A stretch of DNA of 63,800 nt, counting the filler, from Lama guanicoe (Eukaryota): the NCBI GenBank assembly GCA_013239625.1. It is 213 parts of 213 records of this genome, joined end to end, with 100 filler letters (N's around TTAATTAATTAA, not from the genome) between each part and the next. Parts side by side here need not be neighbours in the genome. Positions count along the whole stretch, not along the records: positions 49,501 to 49,700 come from PNXV01030321.1; positions 49,801 to 50,000 come from PNXV01030322.1; positions 50,101 to 50,300 come from PNXV01030323.1; positions 50,401 to 50,600 come from PNXV01030324.1; positions 50,701 to 50,900 come from PNXV01030325.1; positions 51,001 to 51,200 come from PNXV01030326.1; positions 51,301 to 51,500 come from PNXV01030327.1; positions 51,601 to 51,800 come from PNXV01030328.1; 205 more parts are not named here. The stretch is one strand, 5' to 3'. The position numbers and the translations under genes were made by a program. The notes under the pieces are model-generated. The model ran no database searches. It worked only from the letters and a program-made list of their open reading frames with translations, and was not told the origin of the DNA. Numbering within the stretch: position 1 is the stretch's first letter; each line of letters opens with the position of its first letter. Shown here one piece after another: positions 49,601 to 62,300 of the stretch.

Positions 49601-52600
49601 CAGAGTGACAAACTGGTGTCATCAGAAGGCTTCATTTAGCTCTGATCCTCCTTGTCCAGTCCTCTCAGTGCTGCCCTGCAAGGTTCTGCAGCGGCTGCTC
49701 NNNNNNNNNNNNNNNNNNNNNNNNNNNNNNNNNNNNNNNNNNNNTTAATTAATTAANNNNNNNNNNNNNNNNNNNNNNNNNNNNNNNNNNNNNNNNNNNN
49801 CTGGGAGACACTAGCAGCGGGGCGTCCTGGGCGACTGGGCGGGGAGCACGTCTGGCTCTCGCTGGTGGCCCTAAACTGGGAGTCAGGGCAGAAACTGGGG
49901 AGCTCTCCAGCGAGTCCCGGTCATCTGGGGCTGGTGGTCACAGGGGCTGTCGCTCAGCTTCCTGCACTGTCAGCAGAGACCGAGACTCCCTCAGTCTGAG
50001 NNNNNNNNNNNNNNNNNNNNNNNNNNNNNNNNNNNNNNNNNNNNTTAATTAATTAANNNNNNNNNNNNNNNNNNNNNNNNNNNNNNNNNNNNNNNNNNNN
50101 AAAGCCGGGGATATTCTGAGATTCAGGGGACATTTGAAAGGGCTTCCTGACCACAGCAACAGTCTAACTCCAGAGAAAAAGTTACACTGCTTCCATCGTG
50201 GGATAAAAGAAAGTTTCAAGAGATAACGTAAGAAGTCTTATAATAAACATCGGGAAGTGAACAGTACATCAGAGGACACTGAGACACGAGACATGAGAAA
50301 NNNNNNNNNNNNNNNNNNNNNNNNNNNNNNNNNNNNNNNNNNNNTTAATTAATTAANNNNNNNNNNNNNNNNNNNNNNNNNNNNNNNNNNNNNNNNNNNN
50401 TAGCTTTATGGCCACACTCTTCCTCTTTTTCTTGAAACCACCTAGTCCTGCACTCAGAGCTCGTCTCTGACACCTCGCCCACTAGCAAGCAGCTCCTTTT
50501 GTGTTTTGTCATAGAAACATACTCTGCTCAGGGATGGCAATCAGATCTTTTCCTGCCAGAATGTTTGGAACCTTTTGCGCCCTTGGGGGATGAGTGGCAG
50601 NNNNNNNNNNNNNNNNNNNNNNNNNNNNNNNNNNNNNNNNNNNNTTAATTAATTAANNNNNNNNNNNNNNNNNNNNNNNNNNNNNNNNNNNNNNNNNNNN
50701 TGGTGAACTCCTCATTGCCAAACAGGAGGACTTCCCATCATCGTGTTCATGGACCCCGATTCTCAGAATCCCCCAAAATGGCAACTGATGCCCGTCTGGG
50801 GGTTGGTGACACCGACCAAGCCGGATCACCTTGGCTTCCTGGGAGGGAACTGGTGTGAGGCTGTCCCCGCTGAGGGGACATCTGTCCATTTCCGGGGCAG
50901 NNNNNNNNNNNNNNNNNNNNNNNNNNNNNNNNNNNNNNNNNNNNTTAATTAATTAANNNNNNNNNNNNNNNNNNNNNNNNNNNNNNNNNNNNNNNNNNNN
51001 CTTCAGTGAAATATACAGGCCCTCATTTTCCATCGCTTTGGCATCCAAAGCATTCTGCAGAGAATCGTTGTTTATGAAGACTGAGACAAAGGCACAAACT
51101 AAAATTATTTTCATATGTTTTCAAAACCTTATTTTTCCTTTAAAATAATCTCCTAAAGCCAAAAACAAGATACAAATAACAATAGTAATAAACAGATTTT
51201 NNNNNNNNNNNNNNNNNNNNNNNNNNNNNNNNNNNNNNNNNNNNTTAATTAATTAANNNNNNNNNNNNNNNNNNNNNNNNNNNNNNNNNNNNNNNNNNNN
51301 TGTGGGATTTGCCCTCCGGACAGCAAACTCCCCTAGGATGCTGGCAGGGCCCGCGGCTCGCCTACGTGATTCTGTCCCCTGGCTAGAAGTCTGTCTAGCA
51401 CTTAGCGTTATGACCCTTTCACAGATTGAAGGTGGAGGCTCGGAGGTCAGTTGGCGTGGCCGCGGGCATCCCATACAGCGAAGAGCTGTTGCAACTTCAT
51501 NNNNNNNNNNNNNNNNNNNNNNNNNNNNNNNNNNNNNNNNNNNNTTAATTAATTAANNNNNNNNNNNNNNNNNNNNNNNNNNNNNNNNNNNNNNNNNNNN
51601 AATTTCTGAATTTTTTAAAATGTGTCTTGGGTTGTTTGAAGAGGATGTTGCCGTGTGTTTAGAGAGTACTGTGCAACGGATTAAGAAGGGCATAAAAAAC
51701 CCAAGTCCCTCCAATTTACCATGAGATCCAGTGTAAGATGTTTTGACCTGAGCTATGCCACTGACAACTTTAGATTCTGTTCACCACCACATCCAGCTTT
51801 NNNNNNNNNNNNNNNNNNNNNNNNNNNNNNNNNNNNNNNNNNNNTTAATTAATTAANNNNNNNNNNNNNNNNNNNNNNNNNNNNNNNNNNNNNNNNNNNN
51901 GCATCACCAGGTGTCGGTGAGGAGGTGGTGCAGTTGGACACATCACTGGTGAGAATGAAAGATGTATGACTTTAGAGATTAGTCAGCAGATTTTTCATAA
52001 AACTAAATATACACCTACCCTGTAACCCCAAATTTCACTCATAAGTGTATTTCCAGGAGAACACCTACATATATCCATGAAAGATGATAAGAGCAGCTTT
52101 NNNNNNNNNNNNNNNNNNNNNNNNNNNNNNNNNNNNNNNNNNNNTTAATTAATTAANNNNNNNNNNNNNNNNNNNNNNNNNNNNNNNNNNNNNNNNNNNN
52201 AACAAAACAAAACAAAACACAAACAAAAGATCCAAAAAGAAAACTCAAGAGGGCTGGGCCCAGAGCAAGACCAGCGGCCCCTTGTGGCCAGGCTCCCCGA
52301 GCCGGCCCTGGATGTCAGAAGCAAAGAGGCCGAGCCCACCCTGCCTGTGAGGTGTGGCCACTGTAATGCAGCTCCCCAGCCTCTGGCTCAAACCAAATGA
52401 NNNNNNNNNNNNNNNNNNNNNNNNNNNNNNNNNNNNNNNNNNNNTTAATTAATTAANNNNNNNNNNNNNNNNNNNNNNNNNNNNNNNNNNNNNNNNNNNN
52501 GGGGCACGCCCCCTGGGTGACATTTTCTCGCATTGTGTCCTCAGAACAAAAACGAGTCTTATTTGAGGAGCTGGAGGGGGCGGGGGCAGGGGGCCGAATG

Positions 52601-53100
52601 GAATCGTGGCTCCAGGGAACGGCAATTACTCATCAAAGGCCAGGGCAGCCCGCGTCTTTGTGTGCCCTCCGCAGCCCGCCCGTGCCTGGCCACGGGCCCC
52701 NNNNNNNNNNNNNNNNNNNNNNNNNNNNNNNNNNNNNNNNNNNNTTAATTAATTAANNNNNNNNNNNNNNNNNNNNNNNNNNNNNNNNNNNNNNNNNNNN
52801 TGGGGTCTGTTGTAGCCCACTCCTGGGGAAGGAGTTTAATTAGAGAGAGGAGGTGTGCGTGTGTTTGAGAGAGAGGGGGGGGGGGTCTCATCAAAGCAGG
52901 GATCAGGGTTGGAATTTCCAGAGCCCGGCTGGTTTCTGTGGCTAGATCCACGCCCCGCGCCTCTTAGAGTCTCCATCTCTCTCTCTGCCAACTCCTGTAT
53001 NNNNNNNNNNNNNNNNNNNNNNNNNNNNNNNNNNNNNNNNNNNNTTAATTAATTAANNNNNNNNNNNNNNNNNNNNNNNNNNNNNNNNNNNNNNNNNNNN

Positions 53101-53300
53101 GTTTTTTTGTTATGTTTTCTTCAGAGAAATGTCTATTCAAATCCTTTTATAAAATGTTAAACAAAGATTGAATTGTAAGGCTTCTTTTATCAGATATATG
53201 GTTTTCAAATGTATTTTCTCATTCTGTGGCTTATCTTCACTTTACTGATTTTTATCCTTTGAAACCCAGCAGTTTTAGCTTTAATGAAGCTAAAATTATT
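53101..53300 (-). mobile_element. L1M fragment
   Basis: gagaaatgtctattcaaatcctt...ttatcagatatatggtttt.aaat...cattctgtgg. Confidence 0.75.
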
Positions 53301-54600
53301 NNNNNNNNNNNNNNNNNNNNNNNNNNNNNNNNNNNNNNNNNNNNTTAATTAATTAANNNNNNNNNNNNNNNNNNNNNNNNNNNNNNNNNNNNNNNNNNNN
53401 CACACTTCGCTTACGATGAAAATTTGCTGGCCTGCCGTGCATGAAACAACATAGTATGTGTAAATAGGGGAAAGATTTGTATAAACCGTATATGTAAAGA
53501 GCACTAAGCACTAATATGTAATAAGACTAAAGGTAGGTGGAACATACTACTTGTTTTTATTACCAACATGATGAGCACAGTCGAGCTAATTAACACATCC
53601 NNNNNNNNNNNNNNNNNNNNNNNNNNNNNNNNNNNNNNNNNNNNTTAATTAATTAANNNNNNNNNNNNNNNNNNNNNNNNNNNNNNNNNNNNNNNNNNNN
53701 TCTGCAAGTTCTTTCCCAACAGTCAGGTCAAGTTCCCGGACCAGGCAACATGAATGGCTGGATAATTCTTTGAGTGAGGACGTGGGGGGCCGGCACGTCT
53801 GTGGATCGGCTGGCTGCTCGTCGGTTAGGTGCCAGGCTTTCGTCCCATCACCTGAGACCAAGGGGCAAAGGGTGGCACAGGGTCACCTGGGGCAGAACGA
53901 NNNNNNNNNNNNNNNNNNNNNNNNNNNNNNNNNNNNNNNNNNNNTTAATTAATTAANNNNNNNNNNNNNNNNNNNNNNNNNNNNNNNNNNNNNNNNNNNN
54001 CCCGGGGGCTGCTCTCCAGGTGTCCAGCTCTCTCCTCTGCCAGCTCATCCGGTTTGCCTCGCTGAAGGCCCTCGGACCCAGGGCCACTCCCACCAGCCTT
54101 CCTCAAAGCCAGGTTAGAATTGCCCCATCTTTCCCAAGAGGGCAGCTCCCATTTGCTGAACCCTCTCGCGGAAGGGTGTCTGGGTGGGATGGCTCCACAG
54201 NNNNNNNNNNNNNNNNNNNNNNNNNNNNNNNNNNNNNNNNNNNNTTAATTAATTAANNNNNNNNNNNNNNNNNNNNNNNNNNNNNNNNNNNNNNNNNNNN
54301 TGCTCTGGGGTCGCCCTGGACCAGGAGGGAACAGGATCAGAGAACAACTGCTTCTCTTTGTCACCCTGGGCGGCAGTTCCAGTTCCCAGCTGCGTTTCAC
54401 ACGCCCAGCTCCACCACTACACCCTTGTCCTGCGGCCTTTCTCTCCTGTCACACTTCCCAGACCTTCACTCACACTTTCTGTCATCACTTCCCCCAAAAA
54501 NNNNNNNNNNNNNNNNNNNNNNNNNNNNNNNNNNNNNNNNNNNNTTAATTAATTAANNNNNNNNNNNNNNNNNNNNNNNNNNNNNNNNNNNNNNNNNNNN

Positions 54601-54770
54601 AAACAAGTTTATACTGTAGAGCACAAGGAAATATATTCAAGATCTTGTAGTAGCTCATGGTGAAAAAGACTGTGACAATGAATACATGTATATTCGTGTG
54701 TGACTATAAAATTGTGCTGTGTACCAGAAATGGACACAACACTAAACTGACTATAACTCAGTAAAATATT
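54601..54770 (+). mobile_element. L1 3' terminus
   Basis: aaacaagtttatactgta.agcaca.ggaaatatattcaagatcttgtagtagctcatggtgaaaaaga...aaactgactataactca. Confidence 0.85.
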
Positions 54771-55200
54771 TTTTAAGTTGCATTCCTTTGAATCACATAC
54801 NNNNNNNNNNNNNNNNNNNNNNNNNNNNNNNNNNNNNNNNNNNNTTAATTAATTAANNNNNNNNNNNNNNNNNNNNNNNNNNNNNNNNNNNNNNNNNNNN
54901 ACTCTTGAGAGAGAAAGGTTTGCTAAAAGGGAGCGGGGCTTGGGTAATTTCCCTTTGTACTTTCATATGACTTTCATGGTCTTCAAACTCTCAAAAGCAT
55001 AGAGATTGCCTTAAAAAGGCAAATAAGGAGAAGAAAAATTTTAAAGGCTGTATTATTTTGAATTAAATCACAGGGCCCTTTTGAGAATGATAGTATATTT
55101 NNNNNNNNNNNNNNNNNNNNNNNNNNNNNNNNNNNNNNNNNNNNTTAATTAATTAANNNNNNNNNNNNNNNNNNNNNNNNNNNNNNNNNNNNNNNNNNNN

Positions 55201-55400
55201 CCTGATGTTCATAATAGCATTATTTATTTACAATAGCCAATATATAGAAGCAACCCTTGTGTCCAATAACAGATGAATGGATGAAGAAGATGTGGTATAC
55301 ATACACAAAGGAATATTAGTCAGCCATAAAAGAATGAAATTCTGCCATTTGCAATTATGTGGGTGAACCTAGAGAGTAATATACTTAGTAAAAATGTCAG
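55201..55400 (+). mobile_element. L1 ORF2 C-terminal fragment
   Basis: atgttcata..agcatt...acaatagccaa...acagatgaatggat.aagaagatgtggtatac...tcagccataaaa. Confidence 0.9.
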
Positions 55401-56702
55401 NNNNNNNNNNNNNNNNNNNNNNNNNNNNNNNNNNNNNNNNNNNNTTAATTAATTAANNNNNNNNNNNNNNNNNNNNNNNNNNNNNNNNNNNNNNNNNNNN
55501 CTATGTGAGAATAAATATTAATGAACAATGACACGAACGGTCAGTTAATGTGTTTTCAGGGTCAGGCGGATGGCTACACTATGAGAGTTACATAAACCCT
55601 GCGGACTTGCATTTCTTGGGGTGGGGCTATTCAATTTACAAAAAACAAGAAAACAATAGAAACCGTGTTGCAGCTATTCTGCTGGTTCATCTGCTGCCTT
55701 NNNNNNNNNNNNNNNNNNNNNNNNNNNNNNNNNNNNNNNNNNNNTTAATTAATTAANNNNNNNNNNNNNNNNNNNNNNNNNNNNNNNNNNNNNNNNNNNN
55801 AAAAATCTCCCTGAGATATTTATAGGATCTGTATGTTAATTTGGGGAGAAATGACATCTTTGCAATGCTCTACTATGTTGAGTCTTTCAATCAATGGACA
55901 TGGTTTGTTTCTTCATTTGATTTATTTCATCAGTGTTTTGTAGTTTTCAGTATACAAGTCCTGCATGTTTTATTAAATTTACAACTAATTTTGAATGGAT
56001 NNNNNNNNNNNNNNNNNNNNNNNNNNNNNNNNNNNNNNNNNNNNTTAATTAATTAANNNNNNNNNNNNNNNNNNNNNNNNNNNNNNNNNNNNNNNNNNNN
56101 GTTGGCTAAAATGATGGCTCTAATGGCTGTTACAGTTTACACCCCAGGTCTACATGCTTTTTAAAAAATTCTAAGCAATGTACATTCCTCGAATAAATTC
56201 AGTGTATTCTCAAATTTTTACCCAGTACAAAATTTTCAGTTTTTTAAGAAATCTCAGTCCTTCTCACCAAAGCACATGAAGCAGGAATTAAAATTTATGT
56301 NNNNNNNNNNNNNNNNNNNNNNNNNNNNNNNNNNNNNNNNNNNNTTAATTAATTAANNNNNNNNNNNNNNNNNNNNNNNNNNNNNNNNNNNNNNNNNNNN
56401 TTCTCAATGTCCTGCAGAAGTCTCTGTGCCACTGGTACCTGCTCTCAGACATACGCTAATAATGTGTTGTAATTCTTTTCAACCTTCCTCCAGGTAATGC
56501 CTTCCTTTCTTAAGTCCCGCAGGTAAGATCTGGCGCTAACACGGAGACCTCTCCCCACATCTCGGGCTGGTTAGAGAGGCACAGAATAGGCAGCGGACAC
56601 NNNNNNNNNNNNNNNNNNNNNNNNNNNNNNNNNNNNNNNNNNNNTTAATTAATTAANNNNNNNNNNNNNNNNNNNNNNNNNNNNNNNNNNNNNNNNNNNN
56701 AA

Positions 56703-56750
56703 TATCGCTGTGTCACCAGTGATGCGCTGATGTTCCTCCCAAACCAGCGG
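56703..56750 (+). CDS. Candidate 3' end of a coding exon (YRCVTSDALMFLPNQR), gene unknown
   Basis: Only open plus-strand frame, ending in phase 0 at a strong donor CGG|GTAAGT. Confidence 0.35.
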
Positions 56751-58500
56751 GTAAGTAAATACAGAGTCACATTTATTCTCTTAAGATTGTCGGTCTCCTT
56801 CTGTTTCTTCCGTATTTATGATGCTCTGGACAATGGTTAAAATCCTCTGTCCTCTCTCTGTCTGCGAAGGAAGGGGGGAAATACACTCTCCCTTCTTCAG
56901 NNNNNNNNNNNNNNNNNNNNNNNNNNNNNNNNNNNNNNNNNNNNTTAATTAATTAANNNNNNNNNNNNNNNNNNNNNNNNNNNNNNNNNNNNNNNNNNNN
57001 CACTGACTTGCTGTGGCTCCTTTGTTGCAAATGACTGTATGTGTCTGCCTGCTTCTGAAGAATGTGTGCCATGTTCTCTTTGTCTCCATTTAAACTAATA
57101 CTACAGTATCTTTAGCACTGTAACTGTGTCAGACGGCCTTACAGGCTGTAATGGGAGTCCTCTACTTTTGACTCCTTTAAGATTGCTAGCATTCTAGGGC
57201 NNNNNNNNNNNNNNNNNNNNNNNNNNNNNNNNNNNNNNNNNNNNTTAATTAATTAANNNNNNNNNNNNNNNNNNNNNNNNNNNNNNNNNNNNNNNNNNNN
57301 ATGACAGAAAGTTTATCATAAATGCAAATGAAACAACTGAGTCAGGCCGTGATCCCTGGGGGATGTTAAAACCATAGCAGCAAAAGTAGCAGGGAGGGTG
57401 ACAATGAACAGCCTGGGCTGCCACCACCTAAGCTCACTGAGCAATCTCAGAGCTCCTGAAAGGGGGACACCCAAGCATCACTCTCCTCCTCCCTGAGTCC
57501 NNNNNNNNNNNNNNNNNNNNNNNNNNNNNNNNNNNNNNNNNNNNTTAATTAATTAANNNNNNNNNNNNNNNNNNNNNNNNNNNNNNNNNNNNNNNNNNNN
57601 TCCTGAAAAGCACAGGATTGAAGTAGTATAAATATTGTGTGACCACGGCACCTCTGGCTTCATCGTGAGAGGCAAAAACGTGTATCTGGAGGGAGAAATC
57701 CTACAGAAAAAGCAGCATCCTAGGAGTATCAAAACATCAAAATATGTAGCTGCATATAAACTTGTGTGGTTACACATCCTAATTTGATCAACTGGAAGTT
57801 NNNNNNNNNNNNNNNNNNNNNNNNNNNNNNNNNNNNNNNNNNNNTTAATTAATTAANNNNNNNNNNNNNNNNNNNNNNNNNNNNNNNNNNNNNNNNNNNN
57901 GCCCCTTTTCCACCTAGCCTCCATTTCCTCTTTGGAAAACTGAGGTGTGGGGGAGGGGGAAGGGCCAGTGTTGCCCATCTCATGACAGGTAAAGCTAGAC
58001 CGCCAAACATGTGGGTGAAACAATACGTACTACTTTTGAAGCGTCAGGGTGGAAACCACAGAGAATCAGAACTTTGTTGAACTTATTTTATGTTTGTAGT
58101 NNNNNNNNNNNNNNNNNNNNNNNNNNNNNNNNNNNNNNNNNNNNTTAATTAATTAANNNNNNNNNNNNNNNNNNNNNNNNNNNNNNNNNNNNNNNNNNNN
58201 ATATAAAATTAACTATCTTGGGCCTACATTCAGGAAAGCTGCCTGCTAGCAGGCTGGTGGTCGTGGTGCCAGTGTCTGGTGCGCTGCTACTGTGCTGAAC
58301 AACTCAGAGGAGCAGAGATCCCAGTAAAGGGATACACTAATTTCTTGGTGTTTGGCTCACTTCAATTTATAAGTTGGGTGTGTATAATACTCCAGTCAGA
58401 NNNNNNNNNNNNNNNNNNNNNNNNNNNNNNNNNNNNNNNNNNNNTTAATTAATTAANNNNNNNNNNNNNNNNNNNNNNNNNNNNNNNNNNNNNNNNNNNN

Positions 58501-58700
58501 CCGGGGCTGCGGGCCGGCCGCCGCCTCCGCCTTCCCTGTTCCTCAGCCGCCGCCGCCGCCTTGTTTATCTCCAGCCACCGACTCCCCCTCGGCCCCCGCC
58601 GGCGCGTGAGGGGAGGCGAGCCCCGGAGCCGCCGCCGCCGCCTCGGAGCCGCCGCCGCCGCGGAGCGCGAACTCGCGAAGGGGGGGGTGCGGACGAAGGA
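58501..58700. promoter_or_regulatory. CpG island / 5'UTR-like segment with several (GCC)n tracts
   Basis: Very high GC and CpG; GCC runs at about 58546-58560, 58628-58642 and 58648-58661. Confidence 0.7.
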
Positions 58701-60362
58701 NNNNNNNNNNNNNNNNNNNNNNNNNNNNNNNNNNNNNNNNNNNNTTAATTAATTAANNNNNNNNNNNNNNNNNNNNNNNNNNNNNNNNNNNNNNNNNNNN
58801 CAGGGAAGTTTGATTCTGCAGGTTCTCTTTGATTTTTATGACTAATATGTGTGTCTGAATAAGTGAGGCTCCCTCCTTAACCTCGTAATACTGCGTGTGC
58901 CAAGGGCCAGGCCATCCGTTCTGCACGTAGTGACCTCACCCAGTGATACTGCTTTAAATACCCTCCGTATGCTGAAACTCAAACATCCGGCCAGACCCTC
59001 NNNNNNNNNNNNNNNNNNNNNNNNNNNNNNNNNNNNNNNNNNNNTTAATTAATTAANNNNNNNNNNNNNNNNNNNNNNNNNNNNNNNNNNNNNNNNNNNN
59101 GGAAAAGGGCACACACATTTCTAATGCATGTAATATATATTTCAAATTTTCCTTAAATTTATTTTAACACCAGCCATATATAAGGTTGCTAGTAGTATCA
59201 TCAGCAATACTGAGTATTATTTTGTTATTGGAAGTCTTATGGTAGAGACCAAAAAAAAAAAAAAACCCTTTTCATTTGCATTTTCTTGACTTACTAATGA
59301 NNNNNNNNNNNNNNNNNNNNNNNNNNNNNNNNNNNNNNNNNNNNTTAATTAATTAANNNNNNNNNNNNNNNNNNNNNNNNNNNNNNNNNNNNNNNNNNNN
59401 CCAAATATTTGGAGATTTCTTAAAATTTTTCTGTCATGAATTTCTAATTTAATTCTATTAGGGTTGGAGAGAATGTGTCATATGACTCTAATTCTTTCAG
59501 ACTTATTGAGACTAGATTTGTAGCCAAGTTCACTTGTTGACACATTGTCTACCAATAGCAGTGTTGAATGTATGCACTCTTGGCACTGATTGCAATGTGA
59601 NNNNNNNNNNNNNNNNNNNNNNNNNNNNNNNNNNNNNNNNNNNNTTAATTAATTAANNNNNNNNNNNNNNNNNNNNNNNNNNNNNNNNNNNNNNNNNNNN
59701 TTCGTATCTATAGCATTCCAACTTAGCCCTTGTCTTGGCCTGTCAGTTGCACTTCTCTGCTCTGTTTTCTCTTAGTTGTCCTTTGATTCACAATATGCAT
59801 CTTTATCTTATTACAGTCTAATTTCAAATAACACTATACCACTTTATATGAGTCTTACCAACCATCAACTCCCTGCAATCTTTTTGCTATTTTTGGCATA
59901 NNNNNNNNNNNNNNNNNNNNNNNNNNNNNNNNNNNNNNNNNNNNTTAATTAATTAANNNNNNNNNNNNNNNNNNNNNNNNNNNNNNNNNNNNNNNNNNNN
60001 AATCCTGAGAAAAATTCAAAGTTCATGTCTGCTTGGAAACTAAACAGAACCGTTTCCCCTAAAAAAACAACAGTAGTTTGAGTATAGAAATCCATTTTAA
60101 TCAGTGGCTTAAAGTTATTATTTCTGGCCTTGGTTTAATGCTAACAGTTTTATACTAATGGTCCTGTCTTTAAAATTAGGGTAATTTTAAGTATTCTCTG
60201 NNNNNNNNNNNNNNNNNNNNNNNNNNNNNNNNNNNNNNNNNNNNTTAATTAATTAANNNNNNNNNNNNNNNNNNNNNNNNNNNNNNNNNNNNNNNNNNNN
60301 TTCCATGGGCCCCCTTCCTATGCATCCTTTGTTCTAGGTACAAACATATAAAAGGCATTCCA

Positions 60363-60500
60363 GGGGTGGGGAGGATATAGCTCAAGTAGTAGAGCACATG
60401 CTTAGTATGCACAAGGTTTTAGGTTCAGTCCCCAGTACCTCCTCTATAAACAAACAAACAAACAAACAAACAAACAAACAAACCTACCTAATTACCTCCC
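60363..60500 (+). mobile_element. tRNA-Ala-derived SINE (Vic-1-like) with (CAAA)n tail microsatellite
   Basis: ggggaggatatagctcaagtagtagagcacatgcttagtatgcacaagg....ggttcagtccccagtacctcc, then (AAAC)n and cctaattacctccc. Confidence 0.88.
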
Positions 60501-62159
60501 NNNNNNNNNNNNNNNNNNNNNNNNNNNNNNNNNNNNNNNNNNNNTTAATTAATTAANNNNNNNNNNNNNNNNNNNNNNNNNNNNNNNNNNNNNNNNNNNN
60601 AGGCTTTGCGGGCAGTGGAATGGGGAGGGAAAAGGTATATACAATTATTACAACGGTGTGACGAAGCCACCGTGAGCTATGACGCTGAACCCCAGAGGGG
60701 TGCAGACCTTCTAGATCAAGCTGGAGTCCACCCCAGGACGTGACCCTGTGGCCTCCAGGGGTACAGAGAAGCAGTAAGGCTCCCCAGTGGGCACACCCCA
60801 NNNNNNNNNNNNNNNNNNNNNNNNNNNNNNNNNNNNNNNNNNNNTTAATTAATTAANNNNNNNNNNNNNNNNNNNNNNNNNNNNNNNNNNNNNNNNNNNN
60901 CCCAGCCCCTGCCACCCCACGTCTGCGTCTGCACAGCTGGTGGTCACTGCGGGGTGGAGAGGCAAAGCCCCACAGCCAGTGAGCGGCTGGTCGGCCACCT
61001 GCGGTGACACAGGCCTTCCAGGCAGCCGAGTCAGCGGGAGCCACTCGGGGGTGCAAGACCTAGCTTGGGTTTCCCTTGGGAATAAAATGAAACTGTCTTT
61101 NNNNNNNNNNNNNNNNNNNNNNNNNNNNNNNNNNNNNNNNNNNNTTAATTAATTAANNNNNNNNNNNNNNNNNNNNNNNNNNNNNNNNNNNNNNNNNNNN
61201 GAGGTGATGTTCAGAGAGGTACAGTTCTCATTCAAGGTCACACAGATTCGATGGTTCTCTTCCCATTGCCTTGTGGAGAACTCCTAGGTGGTACTAGGGA
61301 TGGTAGGGGTGGTCCAGGGGAGGGAGTAGCAGGAAGCGGGAGGAGCCCATGCTCCCATTGAAGAGTCAGGATGCCTTCACCAGATGCCCAGCGCTGCAAG
61401 NNNNNNNNNNNNNNNNNNNNNNNNNNNNNNNNNNNNNNNNNNNNTTAATTAATTAANNNNNNNNNNNNNNNNNNNNNNNNNNNNNNNNNNNNNNNNNNNN
61501 TTTAGTTTTAATCACTGTGCCCTGTTTTCCAGGCTTAGCCTTGCCAGCTCTGCTCCTTTTGTGAAACAATGTTGCCTTTTGCCTGAAATCTACAGGAGAG
61601 CCTATTCCTGGGGCTCTGACCTTTAAGGATGTTAGCACTGCTGCACTTACATAGAGATGGCAAGTTGCAATATAGAGAATAACTTTTGCTTTGTTGGAGG
61701 NNNNNNNNNNNNNNNNNNNNNNNNNNNNNNNNNNNNNNNNNNNNTTAATTAATTAANNNNNNNNNNNNNNNNNNNNNNNNNNNNNNNNNNNNNNNNNNNN
61801 CCTCACTGGGTGGGCGGACGTCACTGGACGTCACTGAAACCTTCGCACCATCATCTCACCAGTGAGGGAAGGGTCAGGGGAAAATAAAGACTGAAGACTA
61901 AAGCGTGCCGCTTTTTTAAAGTTTAGCAATGAGGTGATTTAAAAAACTCAGGAGTGGAGGCAGTGAGGGTAGCTGGAGAAGGTTTTCGTCGTGTCTCCCT
62001 NNNNNNNNNNNNNNNNNNNNNNNNNNNNNNNNNNNNNNNNNNNNTTAATTAATTAANNNNNNNNNNNNNNNNNNNNNNNNNNNNNNNNNNNNNNNNNNNN
62101 CATTGGTCAGTCTGTTTAATGTGGTACAGTGCCATGATGTTTGAATCTTTCTTCAGTGG

Positions 62160-62300
62160 CAGGAATAGTTGTTAAGAGCATGGGATTTGGAGACAGGCTG
62201 CTTGGGTCTGAATTTTGGTTCCTTTAATTCCTAGGAGAGTCAGTAAATTACATAACCTCTCTGTACCTCAGTTTCATCATCTTGAAAATGAACATAGTGA
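62160..62300 (+). mobile_element. MIR SINE
   Basis: gttaagagcatggg...taacctctctgtacctcagtttcatcatc.tgaaaatg. Confidence 0.85.
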
